The notes below the pieces were generated by a model. The model searched no databases and was not told the DNA's origin. It saw only the letters and a program-made list of their open reading frames with translations. This document shows positions 49,181 through 58,685 of a DNA stretch of 64,000 nt, one piece after another. The translations under genes and the position numbers were made by a program. How positions within the stretch are numbered: the stretch's first letter is position 1; every line of letters begins with the position of its first letter. The stretch is from assembly GCA_052035405.1 (NCBI GenBank), contig JBPOHQ010000003.1, positions 5,878-69,877 of the forward strand, written 5' to 3'. Source of the DNA: Candidatus Nomurabacteria bacterium. Lineage in GTDB: Bacteria; Patescibacteriota; Minisyncoccia; Phycocordibacterales; UBA9973.

Positions 49181-49225
49181 AAAAAGAAACCGGTTTGTCT
49201 TGGAAAGGATGACCGGTTTTTATTT
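49181..49225 (+). terminator. Rho-independent terminator
   Basis: aaaccggtttgtcttggaaaggatgaccggttt + T-tract. Confidence 0.65.
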
Positions 49226-49286
49226 ATGTAATTTATTATATTTAGATATATAATATAGTTGTTATTTATAAGATTAATTTAAATGC

Positions 49287-49514
49287 ATGGAAGAATTTTT
49301 AAAAAAAGGAGATAGGGTGGTCAATGTGCTTACCGGAGTAGTGGGCAAGATAGATGACCCCAGAAATATAAAGGAGGGAGTTGTAGTTGTTAAAACAGAA
49401 GGTTTTCTAGACTCGGAAGGAAAGATTATCCCTGAAAAACCTGGTATAGATGCTTTTCCTAAAAACTACACAGCCCCACTTTTTGATGTGAGCCCAAAAA
49501 AAGAAGAGGAATAA
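49287..49514 (+). CDS. Small hypothetical protein (75 aa), possible small beta-barrel
   Basis: GDRVVNVLTGVVGKIDD...GVVVVKTEG. No recognised family. Confidence 0.4.
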   Translation: MEEFLKKGDRVVNVLTGVVGKIDDPRNIKEGVVVVKTEGFLDSEGKIIPEKPGIDAFPKNYTAPLFDVSPKKEEE

Positions 49515-49590
49515 ATAATATTTGACTTTTATTTATATTTTGCTACTATAAGTCGTAGCTCAATTCAGAGCTTTTTGTTTACTTAATTTT

Positions 49591-49947
49591 ATGACACGAT
49601 CACTTAAAAAAGGAATATATCTAGACGAGAGACTACTAAAAAAGATAGTAGGCAAAAGCCCCATGCAAACACCCATGATAAAGACATGGAATAGAGCAGC
49701 GACAATAGCCCCAGAGATGGTTGGTTTTACTTTTGGCGTTTATAACGGAAAGGTTCACGTAGAAGTCATAGTCACAGAAGATATGGTAGGACACAGACTT
49801 GGTGAATTCTCTCCTACAAAGAAATTTATTAAACACGGAGGAAAGATGCAGAAAGAGCTTGAACAAAAGAAGAAAGAAGCTGAAATCACTCAAGCAAAAG
49901 CTGCTACAGCTGCAGCATCAAACGCTTCTGCTGCTAAAAAGAAATAA
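49591..49947 (+). CDS. rpsS: 30S ribosomal protein S19 with C-terminal K/A-rich extension
   Basis: MTRSLKKG..D..L..K...........IKTW.R...I.PEMVG....VYNGK. Confidence 0.92.
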   Translation: MTRSLKKGIYLDERLLKKIVGKSPMQTPMIKTWNRAATIAPEMVGFTFGVYNGKVHVEVIVTEDMVGHRLGEFSPTKKFIKHGGKMQKELEQKKKEAEITQAKAATAAASNASAAKKK

Positions 49948-49952
49948 TTATC

Positions 49953-50411
49953 ATGAAAGCATTTTTAAAAAATTACAGACAATCACCTAGAAAAGTCCGC
50001 CTTGTTGCTGACCTGATAAAAGGAAAAAGCGTAGATCAAGCTATTGTGTCTTTAGACTTCTTGGCAAAGAGAGCGGGGCTTCCTATAAAGAAGCTTATTC
50101 TTTCTGCTGTTGCTAATGCAAAACAAATGGGTAAAGAACAAGCTGATTTATTTATCAAGGAACTTACTGTAGACAAGGGTATCGTCATGAAGAGAATGAT
50201 GCCTCGAGCTATGGGAAGAGGGTACCGAATAAATAAACGAACAAGTCACTTAGAGGTGGTTTTAGCTGATGTATCAGAAAAGAAAGTAAAAGGAGCTAAA
50301 AGCACTAAACCAGCAAAAGTTGCTGCACCAATAGAAAAAAAGACAAAGAAAGTAATTACAAAAAAGAAAACAACCCTCGGCCGTAGACCTATGGGCGAGG
50401 CAAATAAATAA
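49953..50411 (+). CDS. rplV: 50S ribosomal protein L22
   Basis: SPRKVRLVADLIKGKSVDQA...L.F....A. Confidence 0.9.
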   Translation: MKAFLKNYRQSPRKVRLVADLIKGKSVDQAIVSLDFLAKRAGLPIKKLILSAVANAKQMGKEQADLFIKELTVDKGIVMKRMMPRAMGRGYRINKRTSHLEVVLADVSEKKVKGAKSTKPAKVAAPIEKKTKKVITKKKTTLGRRPMGEANK

Positions 50412-50419
50412 AAAATATC

Positions 50420-51097
50420 ATGTCAAAAATAGTTCACCCATATGCACATAGACTAGTAATACTTCGAGATTGGAAATCTCGTTGGTTTGCTGATACTAAA
50501 AAATACACTGCTTTCTTGAAAGGAGATGTGCTTATTCGTGAATACTTAGAAAAGAAACTTCGTGGTATGTATGTTTCTTCTATCGAAATAGAGCGAAATC
50601 AAAAGACTACTCGTTTCATCATTCGTACTTCACGCCCAGGACTTATTATTGGACGAAATGGAGAAGGGGTTACTCGTCTAAAGGATGACATCTTAAAGAA
50701 GATGGATAAACTAAAACTTCCAAAGCAAGAAGACTTCAAGCTTGAAATAGTTGAAATCACAAATCCAGAAGCTGACGCAGCTATCGTAGCCTACATGATT
50801 GCAGAAGGACTTGAGAAAAGAATGACATACCGAAGAGTGATGAAGCAATTGCTCGACAAGGTAATGCAAGCTCCAGGAGTACAAGGAGCACGATTCGTGC
50901 TCGGAGGAAGACTTGGAGGAGCTGAAATTGCTCGTACGGAAGAGCTTAAGAGGGGATCAATCCCACTTCAGACTTTCCGTGCGGACATTGATTTCAAGCG
51001 AGAAAGAGCAAATCTTGCATACGGTGTTATTGGAATAAAGGTATGGATATACCGTGGTAAGATTTTTGCTGAAAAGAAAAATACTAAAAATAGTTAA
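50420..51097 (+). CDS. rpsC: 30S ribosomal protein S3
   Basis: KH domain + GAEIARTEELKRGSIPLQTFRADIDF. Confidence 0.93.
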   Translation: MSKIVHPYAHRLVILRDWKSRWFADTKKYTAFLKGDVLIREYLEKKLRGMYVSSIEIERNQKTTRFIIRTSRPGLIIGRNGEGVTRLKDDILKKMDKLKLPKQEDFKLEIVEITNPEADAAIVAYMIAEGLEKRMTYRRVMKQLLDKVMQAPGVQGARFVLGGRLGGAEIARTEELKRGSIPLQTFRADIDFKRERANLAYGVIGIKVWIYRGKIFAEKKNTKNS

Positions 51098-51106
51098 TTT
51101 AAATTT

Positions 51107-51532
51107 ATGTTAATCCCTAAAAAAGTAAAATTTAGAAAGTGGCAAAGTAAGCGTATCAACCCAAAGAAGATTACGCCTGAAACTCGAGGTATTAAACTAT
51201 CTTTCGGATCTTTCGGATTGAAAGCTGAGAGTGAGTCACGAGTAAAATCTAACCAACTCGAATCAGCAAGAAAGGTTATCTCACGTACACTTACTAAGAC
51301 TGGTAAATACTGGATTCGCGTTTTCCCTGATCGACCTTTTACACAAAAAGCTGCTCAAGTAGGTATGGGAAAGGGTAAAGGAGACCCACAAGGATATTGC
51401 TGTGAAGTATTACCTGGAAGAATTTTATTTGAAGTAGATGGAGTAGAAGAATCAATCGCTCGAGAAGCTTTGAGAAAAGCAGGAGCAAAATTACCTGTAA
51501 AGACCAGAATCGTAGCACGAGTAAATAAATAA
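51107..51532 (+). CDS. rplP: 50S ribosomal protein L16
   Basis: MLIPKKVKFRKWQ...G.KL.FG.FGLKA. Confidence 0.93.
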   Translation: MLIPKKVKFRKWQSKRINPKKITPETRGIKLSFGSFGLKAESESRVKSNQLESARKVISRTLTKTGKYWIRVFPDRPFTQKAAQVGMGKGKGDPQGYCCEVLPGRILFEVDGVEESIAREALRKAGAKLPVKTRIVARVNK

Positions 51533-51536
51533 TTTT

Positions 51537-51737
51537 ATGAAGAAGAAAACAGATAATTTAAAAAATACAGTTACTGGAGATTTGTCAGAAAAACTCGCTG
51601 CTCTTCGTGAGCAGGTTCGTGCTATTGCCTTTAATATTCAAGGATCAAAAATAAAGAATGTAAAAGAAGTTTCTTCAATCAAAAAAGAAATTGCCCGAGT
51701 ATTGACAGAAATGAATAAAAATAATAAAAATAAATAA
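51537..51737 (+). CDS. rpmC: 50S ribosomal protein L29
   Basis: [26 protein letters not shown]. Confidence 0.8.
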   Translation: MKKKTDNLKNTVTGDLSEKLAALREQVRAIAFNIQGSKIKNVKEVSSIKKEIARVLTEMNKNNKNK

Positions 51738-51742
51738 CATAT

Positions 51743-52021
51743 ATGGCACTTAAAGCAAAAAAAACTAAAGAAGTTAAAGTAGTAAAAAAGACAAAAACTG
51801 GAAAGGTTTTAAGTGGTGTTGTTGTTTCTGACAAGATGAACAAGACCGTTGTTGTTTCTGTATCTCGTTTCGTAAAACACCCAAAATATGGAAAATTCTA
51901 CCAAATCAGCAAGAAGTACAAAGCACACGATGAAGATAATACTGTAAAGACAGGAGATAAAGTTGATATTGTTGAAGTACGACCAATGTCAAAAGATAAA
52001 AGATTTAAAGTAGTAAAATAA
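51743..52021 (+). CDS. rpsQ: 30S ribosomal protein S17
   Basis: [17 protein letters not shown]...HPKYGK.......KY.AHDE.N....GD.V.I.E.RP.SK.K. Confidence 0.9.
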   Translation: MALKAKKTKEVKVVKKTKTGKVLSGVVVSDKMNKTVVVSVSRFVKHPKYGKFYQISKKYKAHDEDNTVKTGDKVDIVEVRPMSKDKRFKVVK

Positions 52022-52025
52022 TTTT

Positions 52026-52397
52026 ATGATTCAACCACAAACAATAGTAAAAATAACAGACAACGCAGGAGGTACCGTAGGACAGGTATTTAAGGTTCTT
52101 GGTAGTTCAAAGAAGAGATACGCTGGTATTGGAGAGCTTGTGGTTATCACTGTTAAAGTAGCTTCACCTCGTAAAGCAGTAAAAAAGAAAGACGTTCATC
52201 AAGCTGTAGTAGTACGAACTCGTGCTGCATACAGAAGAAAAGATGGATCATATATTCGTTTCGATGATAATGCTGTGGTAATTCTTGAAAAAGGAAAGAT
52301 GGATCCAAAAGCTGGACGCATCTTCGGACCAATACCAAGAGAACTTGCTGAAAAAGGTTTCCAGAAAATCATCTCTCTTGCACCTGAGGTTATATAA
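52026..52397 (+). CDS. rplN: 50S ribosomal protein L14
   Basis: MIQPQT...DN.G.....V..V. Confidence 0.92.
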   Translation: MIQPQTIVKITDNAGGTVGQVFKVLGSSKKRYAGIGELVVITVKVASPRKAVKKKDVHQAVVVRTRAAYRRKDGSYIRFDDNAVVILEKGKMDPKAGRIFGPIPRELAEKGFQKIISLAPEVI

Positions 52398-52424
52398 ACG
52401 TATATAAATATTTAGATAAATCAC

Positions 52425-52730
52425 ATGAAATTAAAAAAAGGAGACAATGTAATAGTGACAACAGGAAAAGACAAGGGTAAAAAAGGCAAGATTATGCGTG
52501 TTTTACCAGCTTTGAATAAGGTCATCGTTGAAGGTTTGAACATGGTAAAAAAACACCAGAAGCCAAGAAAGAGTAACGAGAAGGGAACTACTATCAGTAT
52601 TTCAATGCCTATGAATGCTTCAAATGTCATGATGCTTGATCCAAAATCAGGAAAACCTACAAGACTTGGTAAGAAAAAAGTAGGAGACAAATTTGTCCGT
52701 ATCGCAAGAAAGAGTAACCAAGAAGTATAA
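52425..52730 (+). CDS. rplX: 50S ribosomal protein L24
   Basis: MKLKKGDNVIVTTGKDKGKKGKI KOW motif. Confidence 0.9.
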   Translation: MKLKKGDNVIVTTGKDKGKKGKIMRVLPALNKVIVEGLNMVKKHQKPRKSNEKGTTISISMPMNASNVMMLDPKSGKPTRLGKKKVGDKFVRIARKSNQEV

Positions 52731-52752
52731 TAAAGAATTTTAAACTAATATT

Positions 52753-53319
52753 ATGAAACATGTAACTGTAAAAGAAAAAGAAGGAGAAAGCTATAAAGTA
52801 ATGAAACCAACGTTTCATTATAAAAATATTATGGCTGCTCCTAAACTTGTAAAAGTCGTGATAAACGTCGGTACTGGTACTGGTATCAAGAAAGATAAGA
52901 ATAAGAATGATGATATTATTGCTCGTCTTTCAAAGATTACTGGACAGAGTCCTGTCAAAAAAGGTGCAAAGCAATCAATCTCAACTTTCAAAATAAGACA
53001 AGGAGACCCTATCGGTATCGTTGTTACGCTTCGAGGAAAGAGAATGTACGGTTTCCTTGAAAAATTCTTCAATATTGCTTTACCTCGTACAAAAGACTGG
53101 AGAGGACTTTCAAAGAAGATTGTAGACAACATCGGAAACATCACTATTGGTATTAAAGAACACACTATCTTCCCTGAAACTGCTGATGAAGACATACGAG
53201 ATGTATTCGGACTTTCAGTTACTATCGTTTCAACCGCTAAGACAAAAGATGAAGGACTCGCATTCTTTGAACTCATAGGTGTTCCTTTCAAGAAAGAAGA
53301 AGAAACTAAGAAAAAATAA
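52753..53319 (+). CDS. rplE: 50S ribosomal protein L5
   Basis: Y......P.L.KVV.N.G......K.......L..ITGQ.P.....K.SIS.FKIR.G.PIG..VTLRG.RMY.FL. Confidence 0.92.
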   Translation: MKHVTVKEKEGESYKVMKPTFHYKNIMAAPKLVKVVINVGTGTGIKKDKNKNDDIIARLSKITGQSPVKKGAKQSISTFKIRQGDPIGIVVTLRGKRMYGFLEKFFNIALPRTKDWRGLSKKIVDNIGNITIGIKEHTIFPETADEDIRDVFGLSVTIVSTAKTKDEGLAFFELIGVPFKKEEETKKK

Positions 53320-53329
53320 TTTTAAATAA

Positions 53330-53370
53330 ACAAAAAATCCCCTCATAAGTACATGAGGGGATTTTTTGTT
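53330..53370 (+). terminator. Intrinsic terminator inside the spc operon (after rplE)
   Basis: aaaaaatcccctcataagtacatgaggggattttttgtt. Confidence 0.7.
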
Positions 53371-53416
53371 ATGTAATTCACATTTTTAGATATGATATTA
53401 CACCACTCTAGAAGAG

Positions 53417-53445
53417 TTGACTATTTTTATAGTATCTGCTAGTAT
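53417..53445 (+). promoter_or_regulatory. Sigma70-like promoter (TTGACT-17-TAGTAT) restarting the spc operon before rpsN
   Basis: Hexamers with 17-nt spacer in the 240-bp gap between rplE and rpsN. Confidence 0.45.
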
Positions 53446-53559
53446 CTTGTAGGTAAGGGGAGTTTAGTTTTAGTCAATCTGTTTTTCTCCTTTAGCCCTC
53501 GTTATGAGGTTTAAAGAAATAAAACAAGATATTGCAAAACTACCCTACAAAAATATTTT

Positions 53560-53745
53560 ATGGCAAAAACATCAGTAGTAGCAAGATCGCTCAAAAAACC
53601 AAAGTTTAGTACTCGACAAAAAAATCGATGTTTTCGATGTGGAAGAGGTCATGGCTTTATGCGTGATTTTAACCTATGTCGTATTTGTTTCCGAGAATTA
53701 GCAAACGAAGGTAATTTACCAGGTATCAGAAAATCTTCTTGGTAA
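53560..53745 (+). CDS. rpsZ: 30S ribosomal protein S14 type Z (zinc-binding)
   Basis: 61 aa, [25 protein letters not shown] (C4 zinc ribbon). Confidence 0.92.
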   Translation: MAKTSVVARSLKKPKFSTRQKNRCFRCGRGHGFMRDFNLCRICFRELANEGNLPGIRKSSW

Positions 53746-53755
53746 GAAAAAATTT

Positions 53756-54142
53756 ATGGATTATATCGCAAACATGATAATAATGATGAAGAACGCAAGT
53801 GCTATGGGGCACGCTTCTATCACCGTACCGTATTCAAAATTAAAAAACGCTATTGCACTTTGCTTGCAAAAAGAAGGATACGTTGGAGAGGTTACAAAAA
53901 AAGTAAAGAAAGGAAACCCAGTACTTGAAATTGCACTCGTATATATAGACAAGAAACCAAAGATTTCTGAAGTAGAAAGAGTGTCAAAATCTTCACGAAG
54001 AGTGTACTTTGGTATGAAAGATTTACATACAATACGAAATGGTTCAGGACTTCTTGTGCTTTCAACACCAAAAGGAATTTTATCTGGAAAAGAAGCTCGA
54101 AAAGAACAGGTCGGAGGAGAAGCGTTGTTTAAAATGTGGTAA
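53756..54142 (+). CDS. rpsH: 30S ribosomal protein S8
   Basis: D.IA.M...KNA...H......S......A..L..EGY. Confidence 0.92.
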   Translation: MDYIANMIIMMKNASAMGHASITVPYSKLKNAIALCLQKEGYVGEVTKKVKKGNPVLEIALVYIDKKPKISEVERVSKSSRRVYFGMKDLHTIRNGSGLLVLSTPKGILSGKEARKEQVGGEALFKMW

Positions 54143-54154
54143 TAATAAATTTAT

Positions 54155-54688
54155 ATGAGTAGAATTGGAAAAAAACAAATAGCTATCCCAAAAGGAGTTG
54201 AAGTCAATAAAAATGGTAATACTTTTACGGTGAAGGGTCCAAAAGGAACACTCATAAAAGAATTTCGTGATGACATCACTATCACTATTGCTGACGGTAT
54301 CGTATCCTTAGATATAAAGAGAAATGATAAGTTTTCAAAATCTCTTTGGGGAACATATGCTTCACATATCATGAATATGATTAAAGGAGTAGAGACACCA
54401 TTTGAAAAGAAGCTTATCTTAGAAGGAGTTGGATTTAAATCAGAAGTTAAAGGAAAGGAATTTCATTTTGCGTTAGGATTCTCTCATCCTGTTGTTGTTG
54501 CTATCCCAGAAGGAATCACTGCTACCGCAGAAAAGAATAACATCACTATCACTGGTATCGACAAGGAATTAGTTGGAAGTTTTGCAGCTTCTGTGCGAGC
54601 ATTAAAGAAGCCTGAGCCATATAAAGGTAAAGGTATGCGTTACTCTGATGAAGTTATCAGAAGAAAACAAGGTAAAAAGACTGCATAA
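54155..54688 (+). CDS. rplF: 50S ribosomal protein L6
   Basis: MSRIGKKQIAIPKGVEV...two L6 repeats...PEPYKGKG. Confidence 0.93.
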   Translation: MSRIGKKQIAIPKGVEVNKNGNTFTVKGPKGTLIKEFRDDITITIADGIVSLDIKRNDKFSKSLWGTYASHIMNMIKGVETPFEKKLILEGVGFKSEVKGKEFHFALGFSHPVVVAIPEGITATAEKNNITITGIDKELVGSFAASVRALKKPEPYKGKGMRYSDEVIRRKQGKKTA

Positions 54689-54705
54689 AAATTTATTGTA
54701 ATATT

Positions 54706-55047
54706 ATGAAAAAGACTACTGACAAAAGAATACGTTTAAAGAAAAAGATTCGAGCAAAAGTTGTAGGTGTGGAATCACGCCCAAGACTTTCTGTGTATCG
54801 ATCAAATAAATTTATCTACGCTCAAGTTATCAACGATACGAAAGGTCACACAGTAGCTTCTGCTAGCGATGTCAGTGTTAAAAAGGGAACAAAGATAGAG
54901 AGAGCAAAAGAAGTTGGAAAATTGATTGCAGATGCATGTAAAGCTTTAAAAATAACTAAAGTTGTTTTTGATAGAAATGGTTTTAAATATACAGGCCGCA
55001 TTAAATTATTAGCAGATTCAGCAAGAGAGAATGGGCTTGTATTTTAA
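54706..55047 (+). CDS. rplR: 50S ribosomal protein L18
   Basis: PRLSVYRSNKFIYAQVINDTKGHTVASAS...VFDRNGFKYTGRIK. Confidence 0.92.
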   Translation: MKKTTDKRIRLKKKIRAKVVGVESRPRLSVYRSNKFIYAQVINDTKGHTVASASDVSVKKGTKIERAKEVGKLIADACKALKITKVVFDRNGFKYTGRIKLLADSARENGLVF

Positions 55048-55058
55048 TTTTTAAATAT

Positions 55059-55607
55059 ATGGAAAAAGGAAACGAAAAAAGAAATAGTAGTCGAAGAAGT
55101 GGATCTTTTGTGCGTCCAAAGCCAGAATTTGACCAAAAAATAGTGAGTATTCGACGTGTTACTCGTGTGGTTGCTGGAGGACGAAGATTTTCTTTCTCTG
55201 TTGCACTTGTTGCAGGAGACAAAAAAGGAGGTATTGGGCTTGGACTTGGTAAGGCAGGAGATACAGCACTTGCTATCAATAAAGCATTGAGAAATGCGAA
55301 GAGAAACATGATTCGAGTACACCTCACTAAGACTCTCTCTATTCCTCATGAAGTATCTGCAAAGTTCTCAAGTTCAAAAGTGACTATTATGCCAAATAAA
55401 GGACGAGGTCTTGTAGCTGGTACTGTTGTTCGCGATATTCTAAAACTCGCTGGAATTAAAGATATTACTGCGAAAGTACATGGAGGTACAAAGAATAAAT
55501 TAAATAACTCAAAAGCGGTAATGGATGCACTAACACAAGTAGCAAGTAAATATGTAAAGATGGAAGCTGAGGTTGCCTCACCTACAACTCTTGCTGAGAA
55601 AAAATAA
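55059..55607 (+). CDS. rpsE: 30S ribosomal protein S5
   Basis: VSIRRVTRVVAGGRRFSFSVALVAGDKKGGIGLGLGKAGDTALAI. Confidence 0.93.
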   Translation: MEKGNEKRNSSRRSGSFVRPKPEFDQKIVSIRRVTRVVAGGRRFSFSVALVAGDKKGGIGLGLGKAGDTALAINKALRNAKRNMIRVHLTKTLSIPHEVSAKFSSSKVTIMPNKGRGLVAGTVVRDILKLAGIKDITAKVHGGTKNKLNNSKAVMDALTQVASKYVKMEAEVASPTTLAEKK

Positions 55608-55630
55608 GTTTAGCAATTTTAGATAATATT

Positions 55631-56083
55631 ATGCAGATACATAACTTAAAAAGAAAATTCAAAAATAAGAAAGACCGACTTATTGGTCGTGGTGGAAAGC
55701 ACGCTAAGACTGCAGGACGTGGAGGGAAAGGTCAGACAGCACGTTCTGGTAACAAGCGTCGTCCAGAACTTCGTGATATCATCAAGAAGTTGCCAAAACT
55801 ACGAGGGTACAGATTTAATTCTTATGCATTAAAGCCTGTTAGTGTTTCTCTAACTAAAATTGCGAAAGTATTTCCAAAAGGTGGAGAAGTAAATCCAAAG
55901 GCGCTCTTAGAACTTAAAGTTATAAAAAATAAAAAAGGTATTCTCCCACAAGTAAAGTTACTTAATTCTAAAGAAGCATTTGCTGTGAAGATAACTGTCT
56001 CTGGTTGTACTGTATCTAAAACCGCTCAAGAACAAATTCTGAAAGCTGGTGGAGAAGTAAAGGTCATCGAGCCTAAAAAATAA
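55631..56083 (+). CDS. rplO: 50S ribosomal protein L15
   Basis: L.N.....K..K.R.GRG...GK..GRG.KGQ.ARSG. No L30 gene precedes it. Confidence 0.9.
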   Translation: MQIHNLKRKFKNKKDRLIGRGGKHAKTAGRGGKGQTARSGNKRRPELRDIIKKLPKLRGYRFNSYALKPVSVSLTKIAKVFPKGGEVNPKALLELKVIKNKKGILPQVKLLNSKEAFAVKITVSGCTVSKTAQEQILKAGGEVKVIEPKK

Positions 56084-56097
56084 ATAAGAAAAAATAA

Positions 56098-57369
56098 ATG
56101 GGAAATTTTTGGAGTAAAATAAAATTAGTTTGGAATGACTCATCTTTAAGAAAGAAGGTGTTGTTCGTCCTTGGCTCTCTTATTCTTTTTCGATTACTCG
56201 CTGCTATTCCGATTCCAGGAATTGACACACTTGCATTAAACAGATTTCTTTCTAATAATCAGTTTTTTGGTATATTAAATATCTTTTCAGGAGGAGGACT
56301 CTCTAATCTTTCTATCGTGATGCTTGGAGTAGGGCCGTATATTACAGGTTCCATCATCATGCAGCTTTTGACTATCATGGTACCCGCTCTAAAGAGAATA
56401 TATCAAGACGAAGGTGAAGCAGGACGAAGAAAATTCACTCAATACTCAAGAATGCTTACAGTTCCTTTAGCAGCTATTCAAGGTTTTAGTCTTCTTGCAA
56501 TACTTGAAAGACAAGCTATTCTTGTCGACTTAACTGCTTTTGATAGAGTTGTTAACTTGATTATTGTTGTCGCTGGAGCACTGCTTATCATGTGGCTTGG
56601 AGAACTTATGACTGAATTTGGTATTGGTAATGGAGTCTCTATGATTATCTTTGCTGGTATTGTCTCTGCGTTGCCTACACATGTTAGCCAACTTATCTTT
56701 ACTTTTGATGCTTCTCAAATACCACTCTATATAGCTTTTGCTGTTGTTGGAATTTTGGTTATTGCTGGAGTTGTCGTAGTCACAGAAGCAGAACGGCCAA
56801 TCCCAGTGACCTATGCAAAGCGAGTGCGAGGTATGAAGATGTATGGGGGAGGTAACACCTACCTGCCACTTCGCGTAAACCAAGCTGGAGTTATACCAAT
56901 AATCTTTGCACTTTCAATATTATTATTTCCTCAAATGATCGGTAATGCACTTTCTTCTTCTACTAATGCAATACTTATGAAGGTATCTCAAGCATTAGTG
57001 TCTTTCTCTCAGACATCTACTCTTTACGCAGTCTTATATTTCATTCTTGTTTTCTTCTTCACATACTTCTATACTGCAGTTACTTTTGACCCTGAAGCAC
57101 TTTCTACTAACCTCCAAAAGAATGGAGCATTCATTCCAGGTGTTCGTCCAGGAGCTTCTACTGCAGCATATATCTCAAAAGTATTGAGCCGTATCACTTT
57201 ACTTGGAGCAGTCTTCTTAGGATTTATTGCAGTTTTACCTATAGTTATGCAAAAAGTTACTGGTATCACATCTCTTGCACTTGGAGGTACTGCACTCCTT
57301 ATCGTTGTCTCTGTTGTTCTTGACTTGATTAAGAAAGTAGATGCACAAGTCTCAATGAGAGAATACTAG
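56098..57369 (+). CDS. secY: Preprotein translocase subunit SecY
   Basis: 10 TM segments. LGVGPYITGSIIMQLL. Position after rplO. Confidence 0.95.
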   Translation: MGNFWSKIKLVWNDSSLRKKVLFVLGSLILFRLLAAIPIPGIDTLALNRFLSNNQFFGILNIFSGGGLSNLSIVMLGVGPYITGSIIMQLLTIMVPALKRIYQDEGEAGRRKFTQYSRMLTVPLAAIQGFSLLAILERQAILVDLTAFDRVVNLIIVVAGALLIMWLGELMTEFGIGNGVSMIIFAGIVSALPTHVSQLIFTFDASQIPLYIAFAVVGILVIAGVVVVTEAERPIPVTYAKRVRGMKMYGGGNTYLPLRVNQAGVIPIIFALSILLFPQMIGNALSSSTNAILMKVSQALVSFSQTSTLYAVLYFILVFFFTYFYTAVTFDPEALSTNLQKNGAFIPGVRPGASTAAYISKVLSRITLLGAVFLGFIAVLPIVMQKVTGITSLALGGTALLIVVSVVLDLIKKVDAQVSMREY

Positions 57370-57387
57370 AATATTTAATTCAATCAA

Positions 57388-57425
57388 ACAAAAACCCCTG
57401 AATACTATTCAGGGGTTTTTGTTTT
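57388..57425. terminator. Bidirectional terminator after secY / cmk
   Basis: aaaaacccctgaatactattcaggggtttttgtttt. Confidence 0.75.
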
Positions 57426-57438
57426 CAGTGTTTTAAAG

Positions 57439-58005
57439 TTATGCTTCTAGCCACTTTTTATATTCAGTAATTATTTTCGACACAACCGACTCGAGATTGT
57501 TTTCGTTCGTGTCTACCAAGAGGTTATACTCTTCTTTTTTTGTATTATCTACTCCATATAAAGCCATGTATCTTTTGTTTTCACTCTCTAGTCTTTCTAT
57601 TATTTTGGTATACACTTCCTCTTCGGTGGTTGCGTGCTCACTTTCTTGTCTCAGTTTGTTTGTCTTCAGATTGTTTAGAATTCTTTCTTTTGCTATTTCT
57701 TGAGGTAGATCTAAATATACTTTAAAAGACTCAGGTATCCAATGAAAGGCCATACGTGAATCTATTACTATCTTTGTTAGTTCGCCTGCTTTTTTTACCT
57801 CGTTGTCTATTTCTGTGTCGATGCTTTTGTCAGTCTCGGCTTTTATGTTGAGTTCATTGATAGATAAACCCATGTCGACAGCAATTTTTCTCATAAAGTC
57901 TCCAGAAGAAAATCTCTCATACCCGAGAGTTTTAGCCACCATGTTTGCAGTACTTGATTTACCGCTTCCAGGGAATCCGTTTATCGTGATGATTTCTTTT
58001 TTCAT
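57439..58005 (-). CDS. cmk: Cytidylate kinase, short archaeal-type (CMP kinase family NMP kinase)
   Basis: ITINGFPGSGKSSTANMVAKTLGYERFSSGDFMR P-loop. ~188 aa. Confidence 0.65.
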   Translation of the reverse strand: MKKEIITINGFPGSGKSSTANMVAKTLGYERFSSGDFMRKIAVDMGLSINELNIKAETDKSIDTEIDNEVKKAGELTKIVIDSRMAFHWIPESFKVYLDLPQEIAKERILNNLKTNKLRQESEHATTEEEVYTKIIERLESENKRYMALYGVDNTKKEEYNLLVDTNENNLESVVSKIITEYKKWLEA

Positions 58006-58089
58006 GCTTTATTAAAACATATTTTAACTTAAAAATACAATAAAAATAGGGTTGATTTTTATGTGTTTTTTCTGTATTGTGTATACATT

Positions 58090-58677
58090 ATGCAACCCTA
58101 TACTTTTGTATTTTTTGGAATGTTTGGCTCTGGGAAAGGAACACAGATTAAGCTTCTGATGGAGTACCTTAAATCAAAATATCATAAAGAAGTCGTTTAT
58201 GCAGGCACAGGAGAGGGCTTAAGGAATCTTCTCAGTTTAGAAAACGACACATCTACTGTAGTTAAGGATTACATGATGAGAGGGGAATTAATACCTGATT
58301 TTTTAGTTACTTCTTTGGTAACTAATACTTTTATTTCCAATTTAACTCCAGACAAGGTGATATTTATGGATGGTTATCCTAGGACTGTTGCACAAGCTGG
58401 CGTGTTCGAAAGCATGATGAAATTTTTTAACCGGAATAATATAAAGTTTATCTATATAGAATTAAGTAAAGAAGAAGCGGTTAGAAGGAATTCACTTAGA
58501 GGAAGGGCTGACGATACTCTTGATAGTTTTAATAAAAGATATGAAGAGCATGTTAATAACGAAATTCTCGCAATGAGTTATTTTGAAAACAAAGAAGGGT
58601 ACGAAGTTTTTAAGATAAATGGAGAAAAATCAATAGAGGAAGTTCATAAAGACATTATTAATACGTTAAAAATATAA
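58090..58677 (+). CDS. adk: Adenylate kinase-family NMP kinase (start corrected to MQPYTF)
   Basis: FGMFGSGKGTQ P-loop, MDGYPRT (cf. DGFPRT). Usual position after secY. Confidence 0.7.
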   Translation: MQPYTFVFFGMFGSGKGTQIKLLMEYLKSKYHKEVVYAGTGEGLRNLLSLENDTSTVVKDYMMRGELIPDFLVTSLVTNTFISNLTPDKVIFMDGYPRTVAQAGVFESMMKFFNRNNIKFIYIELSKEEAVRRNSLRGRADDTLDSFNKRYEEHVNNEILAMSYFENKEGYEVFKINGEKSIEEVHKDIINTLKI

Positions 58678-58685
58678 TCATTTAT

